Positions 37,136 to 53,000 of a stretch of DNA of 53,888 nt are shown here, piece after piece (positions within the stretch are counted from its first letter, which is position 1; each line of letters begins with the position of its first letter). The notes beneath the pieces were generated by a model. That model was not told the origin of the DNA. It saw only the letters and a list, made by a program, of their open reading frames with translations, and searched no databases. This DNA comes from Intoshia linei (taxonomy: Eukaryota > Animalia > Orthonectida): positions 1 to 53,888 of the forward strand of contig LWCA01000106.1 of assembly GCA_001642005.1 (NCBI GenBank), given 5' to 3'. Position numbers and translations under genes: made by a program.

Positions 37136-38049
37136 AACTTGTTTGTTAATTTTTGTAAGATTAATTGGAAATTAGGACTAAAAGTAAAGCTAATTGTGAT
37201 TCACACCAGAGTAGATGAGTGTGATAAATGTGGGTCGTTTCTATTATTTGTAGATATAGATAAATATGTAGGTTAATTGAATTGAATTTTTTGGTGGTTG
37301 TTAGTAAAATATTAATTTGGTATCTAAAATGTATTCATGTCTAAGACATATTCTGATTATAAAAGTGCTTTTTTTGTTTGTTAAAATTCTGGTATTTTTA
37401 GTTATTGAAAAAAACGGCAACACACAGACAGACCTATAAACATTGAATTTCATATAAGTAAGTATAACTAGATATAATTTTGTGTACTTAGTTTGATGTT
37501 TAATTCATATATGTTAATTTTGATGATTTTAAAATCAGAGTATGAATTAAGAGTAAAATCAGATGCATCACAGTGTATATTTTTTAAATAATAGGACTCG
37601 TTCGATTTGAAAAAAGTATTTACCAGATTTTACTAGTACATTGCAAATTGCAAGGTACTGTATTTCCATTTTTATTTTCATTTTCTTTGAGCAATAAAAA
37701 TTGGACATAAATATAGTAATAGTAATATTTTTACATTATATCTTATTGAATTATCATAAATCAAATAGAATTTAAATTTTGTCGACGCGTTGTAATAAAT
37801 ATCTAATTTAATAATCAACGGCGAAACAGTAAGTCATATTTTCAATTTCTTATCATCAAAATATTTTATTAAAATATCAAACACACAATTTGAGGTTCTT
37901 TAAAAAATTAAAAATTATTAAGTGCTTTATTGAGTCTAATAATTACAAAATATTGTTATTTTAAAATAACATTTCTAACAATATGAATAAAAAAATATAT
38001 TAATATTAATGGTTTATGTTCAAACGTTTAACATTGATTATATAAGCAT

Positions 38050-41000
38050 TTAAGCATTGACTGTATAAGTACTCTCCTCTCTAAAATATATAATAATATT
38101 ATAATATATAATATTTTATGTAAATATTACAGTATATTAGTATAGATAATAATTATTAAAATATAAAAATATTAATAACCTTCGACGTTTATTTTTAATA
38201 AACATAACAATAATGACTATGACGACAATGATAATAAATACAATTGCGGTACAAATCAGTATAATCATTTCAAGTCGACTGATGGTTTGGAAATCTTGAC
38301 AATATTTTCCTTGATAACCATTAGTACACCTATAAAAATAGAAAAATTATTTGCATATTATTAATTTATTAAATTAAATTAATTTACATGCAAATAGGTC
38401 GATCATTTAAACCAATCTCACACGTTGAATTATTTTTACATGCTTGAGTTGCTTCAAAAATTGAACATAAATCTTGGTCTATATTATTATCATTATATAT
38501 ACATATTAATAAAAATTGTTTACACCAATTCTGTCCACTTTTAAATCTAACATCTTTTAATATGTCAATAGAATTATTTTTTAAAGTGATACTGCTGTAT
38601 TTATCAGCATAACTTTTTATAACATTGAATGTATTGATAATACTTTCTAGTTCAATAGATTTATCATATATCACAAAATATTCCACTATTATACTTCCCA
38701 TTCTAAATTTCCATTATGATATGAATAATGAAAATTCAAATTACCTTAAATGTGTCACTTTTATTTTTCGTTTATGTATTAAACTCAACTATATTAACAA
38801 ATTAATCATATTTTAAATTTATGGATACCGATTTTTCTATAGATCCAATTAAAATTCTTGTTTTTAAATTTTCAATATCACTATATTCTTGCTTATATTC
38901 CATTTTCAATGTAATTTGAAAAGTAATGACTAAAAATGATGTATTAAAAGAATATAATCATTATTACCTTTAATGCATTTGTAATTGATACATTTTTCAT
39001 CAATATTGCATACATTTTCACAATTAAATATACAGTAATTTTCACAAAAATCATAAACAATTTCTATTACTACTTCATTTAATTTCTCATTGCAATTTGA
39101 ATCACATTCATTTTTAAGCTGATCATTATAACACTTTGAATATTCATTAAAACGACTAAAATTCGTATAAAATTACAGTCAATATATAACACTGTTCAAT
39201 ACTGCAAAATCCTCCACTCCAAAAACATTTAAAATAAAATAGAAATAATTATAAAGTATTTCCGAAATTTTTAGAAAATTTTGTAGAACAGTTTTCGAGT
39301 TATCTTAATTAATAAATATTGTAATGTAGAATAAGTACAAATAATAATGTATAAAATCAAGTAACATTGAAATGAAATTTATATATTTGTAGGTATTTAT
39401 ACAAATGAAATGACAGAAATTATGAAAATTGTCAATTGAAAAGTCATTTGAAGGAAACAAAATAGAAAATTTGATCGGTGAGTACTTCTGGCGATAATTA
39501 TTATTATATCAATGCTTTTAATAACTTTTGATGTATTTATATTTTTTTAAATACAAATTTTTACATAATTTTGTATATAGTTTAATATCTACTTTACAAA
39601 ATCTACTACAATTTGATGTATTTGCCTCCTGAGTTTGTTTTTTATCATATTAAAATAATAAAATATGGGGAGGTATTACTGGAAACATGCTATGTACTTG
39701 TACATAGCCAGAATATACAAAAAATATTTTACACATTTGCCAAAAGTGGTCATACCAGAAATATTATAAAATTTAGTTAGCAATTTATTATATTTAAAAC
39801 GAATATATAGAATGAATATATGCCGTAAATAATTTTTTTGATATGGGTACAATACGCCCTCATAATTATTAACCCTTTCACTGTTTGATGCAATTTTTAT
39901 GTTTTTCACCACACGTCTAAAATGTGCATCTTAATTTAAACTCGTATAATTTTATATCGCTATTGCTACATTGCTTTTATAGTTCAGTGTTTTATATAAA
40001 TTCGTGTTTATGTAAAAGAATAAGGTTTTTCAAAATTTTAGCTTGTATATCATATTATGAGAGAATCTGTCAATAGATTTTATCTTGCATAGCATTCTAT
40101 GTAAAACAGTGAAAGCGTCACAGGACTCTATCCATATGTCTTTTTTTATGATGATTTTTTCAATATATCGGTCTAAAAAAATATCTCTGGAAGTTGACAG
40201 AATATTGAATTTTGTTGAACAGTGTAATTATTAATCCTATGAAATGAATAATTTTAGTTTTTATTAATTTACCCTTCGTATTGCGTTAAATCAACTATTT
40301 TAACGTCTTTGTTAGCGATAGATAATATTTCATAAACATTAAAACATTTATATACTAACATTTTTCTATTGCATATTTCAATTTCATCTAAATTCGAATG
40401 AATAATAAATGATATAATTTTATCATACATTATTATTTATTAATATGTGACATATAATATATAGTGAATAATAAAGTAATACTTGATGAGTTACTGTTTG
40501 CAACAATCCATCATTTACTTATTTTATTATGTGAAATTGTCATTCGGTTAATTTAATAGAAATACTGTAGTTTAAACTAATTATCAGGGGTTGTAATTTT
40601 AATTTAATTTTTTCATACAAGCCAACATAATTTACAAACTGTTAGTCAAAAGTAGTCAAAATTTGGCTGATTTATAAATATGTTAATCAATCAAGATTTA
40701 TGATCATTAGCGTGTCACACCCATCAAAGAATCAAGGGTAATAAGCACTAAAAGTGTCTATTTTTAAAATAGGAAAACTAATTCGCAATCAAAAAAATTT
40801 AACGCTATCTATTCGAGTAGCCTTTGTCATTTTAAATATCACTTTAAAAATATTATGGAGAAATTAAAACTAAATTTTATTTTAACGGAAATTGGCGTTT
40901 GAGCTGTTAAACGTGGTACCGACTTTATAATATTGTTCTCCATGTTTAGTTATACAGTTTATTTTTTTAAATTTGTTTCTAACTTAATTTTTTTGGATTT

Positions 41001-44000
41001 TATTAACAATTTAATTTCTTGCATTCTGGCTATTTACATTATTTAAATTTTATTCAATGCATAATATGAATTGCATATAATTTAGCAGATATAACTATTT
41101 AAAAAAGTAACTAGGTTCACTGTTATGTACTACGTACAAACAGGATCTAGCTCTGTTGAGGGCACATTTATATTATACTTAAAAAATAAATTCATGTTGA
41201 AAATCTAACTTAAAAATCCTACTATTCACTATTATCTACCTTTAAAAGAGTGATTCCCAAACTTGTTTCAGGTGGAACCATGATATCTCATTACTTTTTA
41301 CTTTAAAGTGAATTATTCCATTTTAATTTTTCTTGTTAACATTTGCATAAAGAATTTTAAAAACAATTGTTATCCCATTTTTTTAATTTATTACATTAAA
41401 AAAATATATGAATACTAAAATGCTTTTTTGACCGTGATTTCGTCACTCATTCAGCTTGAAATTTTTTTTGTGTCTCAACAGGATACAACTGTACCATCTG
41501 TAATTTTTTTAAATTATAGGGCTGTTTTCATTTAAAAAAAATGGTAATGTGGGGTTTTGATCGTGAAAATTATTTTTTTTTAAGTTTCAATTTATGATAA
41601 TTTTTAAAATCAATATCACAGTGTATATTTTTTTAAACTCTTGAACTCGTTTGATTTTCAAAAAAAAGGACAATTGGGCTTTTTGACCCGTAACATGTGA
41701 GTTTGGCAAATTGCAATTTATCTTAATATACGTCCCGAAATAAACTGTAATTGAAATGTGGACTATATAAAATTCTAAGACTGGTAGTTATTTTAATTAC
41801 AGTTTTTTCCAGGACATAATCAAACAAACAATAACATAAACAAACAAATATTGCGTAGCATATTATATAAGTAAGGATTGTTAAAATTGTGAGTGCCAAA
41901 TGGAAAAAAATTAAGAACACATGGTCTAGCGAGATTACGCATTAGATTACATGTTATTACATTCAATAGAGTTCTGCATGTTAGATCGAAGCACGATTTG
42001 AACTAACATGTTAGATTAGAATCACAATCCGAAAACGAACTTCTAAAATTGTTCAACACAATTCGAATTACGAATCTGAAAATTTTCTTCAACACAGCTC
42101 AAAACACGAATTATAAACTTTATCCTTTACTTATGTAAAATATAATGTTTGTGTGTTTGTTGCCGCTAATTTAATAAATTGACCTGTCATAAAATTTACA
42201 AAAATTTCTAATAAAATTGTTGGCGAGTGATGTTTATATCTAATTTTTATTGTCCGAAATTGTGTCATTAATGGCCTGAAACCCAAACAGACCTTTTTTT
42301 TAAATAAAATCATTAACATTGTCGTAAATCTCAGACTCAGAAACTTACATCTTCATGGTCAAAACCATAAATTACCTTTGTTTTAAAAATAAAAAAAGTC
42401 CTAGAATTTTAGAAAACATAAATTATCAAATCGTTTTGAAAATCGTAAGCATTATCATAAATCACACCCTCAAAAAATTGTGTATTTTCAGGATCAAAAA
42501 CTGAGATTACTTACTTTATGATATAATGAATAGTAGTATTTTTAATTAAGATTTTATTGTATTTTATTTTGGTATAATTCATAAAGTAAGTAATCTCAGT
42601 TACTCAGTTAATCTCAGTTAGAGCTTGCTGATGTTTGTACAAAGTACAGTCAAGCTAGTAATTAATGATAATTATTGATTTAAATTATTTAATTAAATTT
42701 AATCCGAGGTCGAAGAAGATTTTTAGATCACACCAAATCATGCTTAGAACGGCTTTGCAGAACTCTATCATGTATTAGATACAATGTCACACATTTTTAA
42801 TATTATTAACATTTAAATAAAAAAATACCATGGTTAGTTGATACAAAAATATTAGAGCAATTAAATTTTAATAAATGTAATCGTTCTTTAATATTTTCCA
42901 ATATTTTTATAATGTCAGATGGGCATATTTGAATGTAAGAATTAATTTCATCCAGTTTTTGTTGAAATTCGTAATCACTAAGTAAATATAATATATTTAT
43001 ATATATCCGTGATTAAGATTCTGACTATTCAACGCTAACATTGATATCTCTATTATATATTATTATTTATTATCTTATCATTATTAAATACTATATTTCA
43101 TATTAGAGATGATTTCAATATACATACATATGTATACATTATGTATAAGATTATTTATCTGCAATAAGGGTAGGTTTGCAATCAATACTATTTTATTATG
43201 GAAATATTGACATTATTAAAATGTAATTTGAATTAACATAATTAATATAACTAAAATCATCAATGGATTACATAAATAGTTTTCAATATTGAATTTAAAA
43301 AGTATTATTACTTTCACTGAATAAAACATTACACATTTAATTTTAAATTACAGATTGATCCATCAAAAATGACATTACGTAGTAAACTGATACGACAATA
43401 TATTTAAGTTTTTCGTGGTTATGTGCTTTGTTGAAAAATTGTGATCATAATCATTTTAAAATTTAAATCCGCTATTTTATTTAAATTTAAATATTAATAT
43501 GTTAATACGACCGTCCTCTATATTATTATGATTTCACTACTGACAAAACAGATGTGTTGAAGAACATTATCCATGTATATATACATTATCCCAGTTAACG
43601 GAATTTATCTTTACGGTACGTTACAGAGCTATATGTATGTAATCTTCACGTAATTTTTAGGTGAATTTAATGTAAATACAGTGCACCCCTATGATAACGA
43701 ACCCTCTTGTTAACGAACTTTAGTAATTAGCAACTTATTAATCAATATCTATAGATAAATTCGATAATAAAGCTATATAAGCATTAAATATACACAAAAG
43801 TTTATTTTTGCACGTGACTGCTTTGATTTATAATTAATTTAATCATTTTTTCAATAACGAACAACGAACAGGTTTTTTTAATTTTTATTTATCTTTCCCC
43901 TTAGATAATGAACATAAAAAAAATAATAATGGCAAGAAAAGGATTCGACTAACCTACAAAGAGAAAAATAACTTCATTTCATTTGTAGAGAATAATCAAA

Positions 44001-47000
44001 ATTACAAACAAAGAGATTTATCTGAAAAATATCAAATATCTCTTGGAACAGTGAATACTATTAAAAAAATCTTTTCCGTTATCGAAAACTTTCATCATGA
44101 AATAAGGAAAATGAGAAAAAAAAAAAGTTTATTGTAGATTTTTTGTCTAGGAAGCAATAAATTAATTTTAAATATTATTTTTACATATTTTGTTTGTTAT
44201 CTTTCGATAACGAACTTGGAAAAAAATGATGACTAAATATTCGTTATCAGAGGGGTGCACTGTATTTATAAATAAATTTAAATTCACAGATACACCATTT
44301 TTTATTACACCGTAAATTTTACTATCTGCAAAAAGTAAATTGCATTAAATGAATGATTGATGTAAGAATTCCGTTAACCAGAAATATGGTTTTTATTTTA
44401 AAAATTACGTGCAAAATTGATGAAATTCTGGTTTTGATTTACATTTTATATTAATATAGTTAGAATATACTTCGTTTATAGTAATTAATACTTGATCAAT
44501 TTCACACTTTTTAACTGGTTGAATAGTAGTTGAAATGATTGGTCCTATTGTTGGTTTTATCGAACTACTTTTAGTTTGACACTCTTTATTTCTGCAAATG
44601 CAACGAAATTTATATTCAAATATATCGATGCGTTCATTGATACATTGACCTTCTTGGCAAGGTAATTGTAGACAATGTTGATGACATAAAGTGTTTGCTT
44701 TTATAAATAAATCACAAATTATATCCGTTTTATTTGTGTTACACAATTCTTTTACATAACTTTTTCCCAAACAATTCATTAATTCCTGAGAAACACTAAT
44801 TTTAAAATATTATGAAATCAGGATTTTTCCAACATGTATGCATAATTATTAACTGATTATTAACATACATACATATTAGAGTTCTGCAACACGAACTTCA
44901 GATCGTGTTGAAACGTTTTTTTATTTCGTTTTCGTGTTCGGATCCTGTTTAAAAATTTTTATATTTTGTGATTTTCGTCGTGTTTAGATCGTGTTTACAA
45001 AATTTAAATATTTCGTGTTTTAAGTTTTTAACTAACTAATCTTTAACTTAATTTAATTAATTTTTGTTAAATTAAATTTTAACCGTATTTCGAATCGTGT
45101 TGAAGTATTTTTTATATTTCGTGTTTCGGACTAAAATTTTTCGTTTCGTTCGTACATATCACCTCAACATGATCCGATGCAGAACTCTGATACATATATA
45201 GATTAGGGCTGTTCAAAAAAAATTAGCACATGAGCAAAGAGTATGCTTTGATATGTGAAAAATAATATGCCATTATTAAAAATTCTCAATTCTTAAAACA
45301 CATTAAGCGGAATTCAATTAATAACCTTAAAATCCTAACTTATATAATATGCTACGCTATTTTTGTTTGTGTGTGTGTTAAGCTTTATTCAAATGACTAC
45401 CCGTCTTAGAATTTCTTAAAGACCACATTTCAATTACAGTTTATTTCGGGACGTATATTAAGATAAATTGAAACCTCCCAATTTCACATCTTTCGGGTCA
45501 AAAACCTTAGTTGTTCCTCTTTTTGAAAATCAAACGAGTTGGATAATTTAAAAAAATATATAAGCTGATACGGATTTTAAAATCACAAACATTACCATAC
45601 ATTTAAATTTGAAAAAAATATATGTTTAGGTCCAAAACCCCAAATTACCCTTCTTTTTTTAATGAAAACAGCCCTAAACTTTCAAAAAAATTACAGGTTT
45701 TACAGTTGTATCCTGTTAACACACACAGAAAATTTCAATCCGAAAGTACAGTTGTATCCTGTTAACACACATAAAAAATTTCAATCCGAATAAGTGACGA
45801 CCTTCACGGTAAACAAAGCATTTTAGTATTCTTATATTTTTATCCGAAATATTTTATTAAAAAAAAAAATATTATCATAGAGCTTATTGTTATAAATACT
45901 AAATTTCAGCAACATCAATCTACGTTGATAGTAGTACCTACTAATAGATAATGATGGAAATTTTCAAAATAAGTATATCAAAATTTCGATAATCTATGCA
46001 ATTTCTAATTGGTTATTTTTAATTTTATATTCTATAATATTATTGTATATATTATTATAATACATCATATAATTTTAAAAAATTCATACGAACAATAATC
46101 TGGAAGATTTCGAACAATGCAATTATCAAATAAATCCAATTTGTCATCTGAATATTGTTCAGAGCAGATAGTGAAAGGAACTATACTTAACATTGATTGT
46201 ATATTAATAATGCAATGTTTGTATTCATTTTTCTGACAACCTTGAAATACACTACATTTCAATCCAGAATATCCTAAATCGCAATCACAATTATAATTAT
46301 CTCCCATTCGGATGCAAGTTCCATGTAAACAGGGATTTTTTTTGAAACAAATATGAACATTTTTTTCGTCAAACTGTTTAAATATAGCCCATTTCCTAGC
46401 TTGTAAAAATGCTTTCAATTCATTTGATTCAGCAACATTACAAGACACATCAATAAGTATACTGTTATAGATACAATTATCGGTATTTTCGAAATATTCA
46501 TACATTTCTTCCAAACTGATTGTATTATTTAAAAAATTGGCAATTGGCATATATTGGCTAATATAAACAATATTATCAAAATCATAAATACACTTTTTTC
46601 CAGTTAAACATTTTTGTTTTGATGGTTCAAATTCAGATAAAATTAGTGAAGTGAATTCAATAATACCTGGAATACTATTGATTATACATTTTGATATATA
46701 TTTGACTACACAAGAATGTATATCGTATAACAATTTGTAATTATTGTATAAATATGGTATAGTAGGTAAACCCAACTTGATCTTTAACAAATCTAATAAA
46801 TTTGGTTTCAAACAATTCATATTAATTGTATCTATTAAACTTGAATATGTTTCTTCATCAGAATTAATACAATATATTATATTAATAAATATTTGATTAT
46901 TTGACTTATTACAGATATTTTGAATATAATGTGTTAAATGTGTAATAATGTCATTAATCATTAAAATTGATGTTGTTTTACAATTATAAATGAAATAATT

Positions 47001-50000
47001 TTGACAACTTTTTAAAATATTGGACATTTCACAAATTAAATCAAATATATAATTAGAATTAAAATCAAGTTCTAATTTTGAAAAATCAACTATATAATGA
47101 TTTAAATGTTTTTTTAAACAGATAAAAAATTGTACCATGTTACATTGTTTAGAAAAGTTATGATATAATTTGTTTTCAATCAAATTTGAATTATTTATCA
47201 GTATTTCACAATAGAAACCGTAATAACATTTAGGACATTTGCAATAAAAGTTGTAATTTTTATACTTATCTATTGTATATTCACATTGACCTCCGTTATA
47301 GCATGGGTTATAGTAACAAGGATTGTAGTCTATACACCCGTACAATAATGCTAAATCAACTCTGGCAAGGTTTAGTTGTTTTTGAACCATAGGATTTCTA
47401 AAAAAATTATCAATTTCATATTTTTCATGACATCTTATGTACAACATTGAAAATTGACAATACTCTTCAATTGATCCTGAATACCCTGTTGCAAATTGTA
47501 TAGTATTAAAACACTTCGTAAATCCATCACGACCAGAACAAAAAACAGAAAATGAATTTGGTACCATAATATCAGGGTTACATGTCAAAGTAATAAATTG
47601 TCTAAACGATTTTAGAATAAAATATGAACGTTTTTTACACATTTGTAATACATTTAAACAAGTATTTACTTTATCCGTTTCACTTAGACATGAATTGTTG
47701 AATAAATTTTCGGAATATTCGAGTTTTAAACTTAATTGTACATTTTGTTTAATGTTAAAATAAGATTCTCTATACTTTCTTTTTAATGTTGAATGTTTAC
47801 ATGTACCTTTATTAATATTGTAAAAAGCTGTATTTAAACAATTTCCAATATTTTCATTGTTACACATATCATTATATTTTATACATTCATAATCATTTCC
47901 ATTATCAATACATAAATTATCACCACAATCATTATTTTGACAAGGTAAATAACAATTATCAATTTTATATACAATATTATCAATGATTTGTTGAAAATGT
48001 GTGCAATCTTTAGTACACAATTTGATAGAGTCCATCAAGCATTTTCTATTATTAAGAGTTTTATTGCAGAAATCAGTTGATTGGATATTTGAATTATATT
48101 TAATTAATACACTTTTTATATCAATACATTCATAAGCATTTATCATTTTATAACAATAATCAATAGATTGCTCAAATTCAAATCCAATCGATTCCATTAA
48201 TAAATTGCAATCAAATTTTTTAAATACTACATTTATTAATGCATTATATTTAATATTGCAATCCTTTTTTAAATTATCAATTTCTTTTTCCAAGGATATA
48301 AAATTATTAATACCATCCGTCTCAACAAAACAATAATTTTTAAAATTAGTTGAATTTATTGAATAATTAATACATAATGTTTGATATTTCATATTATTAT
48401 AGGTAATTATTTTTTCTGCAATTAATTCTTTGTTGCAATCTTGGCATTTATAACTATCACCAACATCTAAACATATTTTGGTTTCACAGTAATTGATACG
48501 ACATGGGATTTCACATTTTGTAATTTCCCACATAATGTTATCAAATATAAACATTGTTTTGATACAAAATGGATCACTACAATCAACTATTGCATCAAAA
48601 AGACATTTTCGTTTTTTTAAAACAACACTACATGTTACTTCCGGGTTTTTCAATTTTAAGAATATATCATTATAATTAAAACAATCTTGAATATTTGTAT
48701 TACCTTCATTATTCATACACCACACTGAATTATCCATGTTATATAAGTATGGTATATAACTACAATCTATTTTAATATGTTTCATTGTTATATTTATATA
48801 TTTTTGAATATCTTTACTGCAAAGTAATTTTTCTTGATTAATTGAATTTTCAATTGTTTGAAAAGTTGAATTTGAACAGTAAAATTCGATAATGTCAACA
48901 TTGCAAATATTATTTAATATTAAATTACTATAAGTCGTTATATCAGTGATAATCTGTTTTAGATCACATGAAACTTGTTTATCACATTTTTCACCCATGT
49001 AACCGTGTTTACAGTTACATTTAAAATTTTGATCAAAGTAATTGTTTGTAATAATAATACATGTTCCATTTACACACGGGTCTGTTTGACAATATTGATG
49101 GCACAATGTATTTGCTTTAATTATAAATTTACAATATACATCATCTTTTATAGTACAGTTCATTTTTTTCATACAATTATCCAATTTTACAATTTCTTGA
49201 CAATAATTTTGTTGTTTTATAATACAATTTTCATATTTATTTATTTCAGGATTAAGGTAAAAAGTATCTTTGCATATTATATGAGGTTGACTTTCCATAA
49301 TAGAATAAAAAGTATTTAGACACACATTTTCTTGGTTACATTTATTTGTTAAATTATCACAATCGTGGTTATTTTCAGAAATTTTGCATCTGCATGTATA
49401 AGATGTTAAATTAGTCGAATCAATTAAATTGTCCAAAATTGGTATGCAAATTCCATTGATACAGGGATTATTTCTATAACATATGTGTAAAGTTTCATAA
49501 TCAAATGTTTCCAGTATACTTTTTTGTCTAATTAATAAATATCTTTTAATTTGTAAAATTTCACCATTTTCGGAATTTTCCAAGTTTTCGAAAGCGTTTA
49601 CAGACGCATAATCTTGAATACAAGTTGTGGTTTTGTTAATAATACTATATACATCATATGGAGTCAAGTTTTTTTTTAAATAAAGAAAAATAGGATTCGG
49701 ATAGTTTTCATCGTATACTGAATTATCAAAATTAATTATGCACATTTTCGCTTCCCATGCAATTTGATAAATTGGATTTAATTCTTTAATAATATCGACA
49801 ACTAATTGAATTTCTTTATTTAATATTTCATTAAAACAAGTCGGCAGTATATCTATCAATCCAAGGAACATTTCATTTAAATTTTCAAAGTGCTGACTGA
49901 TGTAAGGTAATGTTGGTAAAGCCAATTTGATAGTCAGAAATCTGTCCATATTAGTAATCCAATAATTCATTAAATCCTTTTTAATTTCGTCATTATAATG

Positions 50001-53000
50001 ACTGTATAAACATGACATTAGCAATTTTATTTTTTTTGCAATTTTTGCAACATGAATACACTCAGTCTGAACAAAATTCAATATTTTTTCAGCAATTTTA
50101 ATAATCATTAAATCATTACTTGTGATGCATTTATATGTGAAAACTTGCAAACAAAATTTAAATTCCTTAAATATATTACAAATGTTATTAATATAATTAA
50201 TCGTATTTGAAACTACAAAAATTTTCCATTCTGTATCCATTTTAAAGTGTTTAATAGTTGAATATAAACAAATTGAAACTTGTTCAAAATTACACTGCTT
50301 AGTAAATTCAGCATAATTTTTGTACACGAAATCAGAATCATTGTTAACATCTCTGTCAGTACCTTCTTCAGTACTTTGCTCTTCCATTTGATGTGTGATT
50401 AAATCGGTAGAATTTGAATTTATTAATTGACATTTTTCATTCACATCTGAATAACACGACAGACATTGACAAACATAATGATCTTGTTCAATTATACATT
50501 TTCCAGAATTTAAACAAGGATTTGGAGAACATTTAAAAATGTTCAAATGTTGACAATAGTTTTCATTAGATAATGAACCAATCATTTCATTTACAATATT
50601 AACGCGTGATAAAATACCATTTTCAATTATATTTGCTCTTACACAATGTAATGTATTTAAATAATTGGTGCAGTAATTTTCATAATCAGATATGCCAATT
50701 GCAGTATTTATCTTGATTATTTGAGTGTACAAATCAAAATCAATACATTTTGTCAATTCATCAGAAATTTCACAATATTTAGTTATCTTTATTTTTTGAC
50801 AGGGATATATTGTTTGTTTAAAAGTAAAAATAAGCTTTTGAATTAAATTTATAGACAAAACATTTCTTTCGTCACATATGTTTAATATTTTTAAACAATT
50901 TGATACATTTTCATTATCTTTACAATTAAATTGATCAATTTCATCAAATCTTTTTTTGCAATTTTTTTCTACATATAAATGAATTTCTTTTAAACATTTT
51001 ACAATTTCATCATCGGTACATTTCATGATTTCACAAGTATATTTATCGCCTTCGTCTATACAAATTTCTAATGCGTTACAATGAGAATTTTGACATGGAA
51101 CAATACAACCATGATTAATCAATATTTTGTCTACAATCTGTATATAATACTTACAATACATTGATTCACAATATTTTGTAAAATCCATAAAACATTTCCT
51201 CATTTCTAAAAGAGGAGTACATGCATTTTGAGATTCATGTATTAATTTCGTAATAATATTGATGGTTGAAAAGCAAGTAATAATATCTTCTTTAAATGTA
51301 CATAGTTCCATGTACATTTTTTTACATCCTATTAAATTTGTTAAATTGCTGATAATAATATTTAATAATTTAGAAATTTCAAAATTACATAAATGTTGGA
51401 ATGATGAATCTTTTGTACTATATGCACCATAGAATAATAATAAATTTTTAAATGCTAAAATTTCATCATAATCGCAATTATTCAAACAATGTGAATTTAC
51501 ATACATGGATATGAACCTTTTTAAGTGATGATTCAAATCTTCAATGTCACAGGTAGACGGTAATGTATATTGACACAATTTCCCGAAATTGTTGGAATTA
51601 CAAATACACGAAAACTCTGAAAGCTGGTTTATTATACATTTTCCTTCGTTCTGGCAGGGTTCATTTATACATTCTCCTTCACACAAATAGGATATTTCAT
51701 AATATGTTGTACAAAATATTTTTTCAAAATTAACAATATTTTCGATATTTTCATTGTCACACTCGTTATACTTTTGTGTGCATCTTTTTATACTTTCTAG
51801 AGTAGTGCATTCCTTTTTTCTGTCTTTTTTTGAACAATCACAATTTTTTCGGTATATTGAATTTATTGATGAAATAATTTCAGTCATACAATTAAGTATA
51901 TTACACTTTCTTGGATATTCAATGAAATAATCATGATAGTAGGCGTAATTCAAAAAAGTACTTATATATTCAATTTTATTAATATAATCGCATTCAGAGT
52001 CATCTATGCATTGGCTTGTTTCAGCAAAAATTGAATTTATAGATGTATTTTCCAATAAATTATTTGATGCATTTAAACTATTTTTTAAATTTTCGATACA
52101 ATTATTAGTATCTGCACATGTTGTAGAGTTTAATGACTCTTCTTGTAATTCAGATATAGTAGAATTTAAAAATAGTTCCAAATCTGATGAACACGATATA
52201 TATGGCTTTATACAATAAAACATTTCTACGGTTGAATTTACCATCTCAGATAAAGATGGAAATTCTATAAAGTCTGTTGAAATCAAATATGAAATACATT
52301 GGATAATTTCATTTATATTGGAATAACACGGCAAGATATTTTTTATAATTATAAATATTTCGTTTTTATTTAAACATTTTAAACTTAAAGACGCATGTAC
52401 TATTTTGTATCCGTTGATTCTCAACAAGTCTTTTTTTAATAAACAACCCTTCGTCAGTTGATTCACGCATTCGTCGATTTTTACAATATAATTACAAAAA
52501 ATTTTAATCATTTTTTTAACCATATTATCAAATTTTATACGATATGGAATGGATACATACTTTTCTATAAAATTTACATCTATTAATGCAAGTATTATTT
52601 CGTTGTCGTATAAAGACATGTTTAATTCTCTTAATCCTTCATTTATGGTATTTAATGAACAATAATATGCCCGGTATATCGAACAAATGTTGTCAAATTT
52701 TTGAATAGCACATGTTACTCCAGTATAGCAATGACTACATTGACATAATATAGATTTATTTGAATTCACTATGCATTTATTATTGTGACATGGGTTGATC
52801 AAACACGGTTCATCTTTACAATATTTTTGTAAATTATTGCCAATTTGGTAATAATCATTCTTGTTATTGTACATGCTTACTTTATTGAAACAGTCTTGTA
52901 TTTCCACAAAATACGAACAAGCACTGGATACAAGTATATTGTCCATAAAATTGTTTATAAATGGATTAAAGCATTCCATTATTATTTCAGAATTGCATTT

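Noticed and set aside
39868-40119. piggyBac-like MITE (TTAACCCTTTCACTGTTT ... AAACAGTGAAAGCGTCA)
   Set aside because: Only a 12-bp core matches and the right TTAA is absent; too weak to call.
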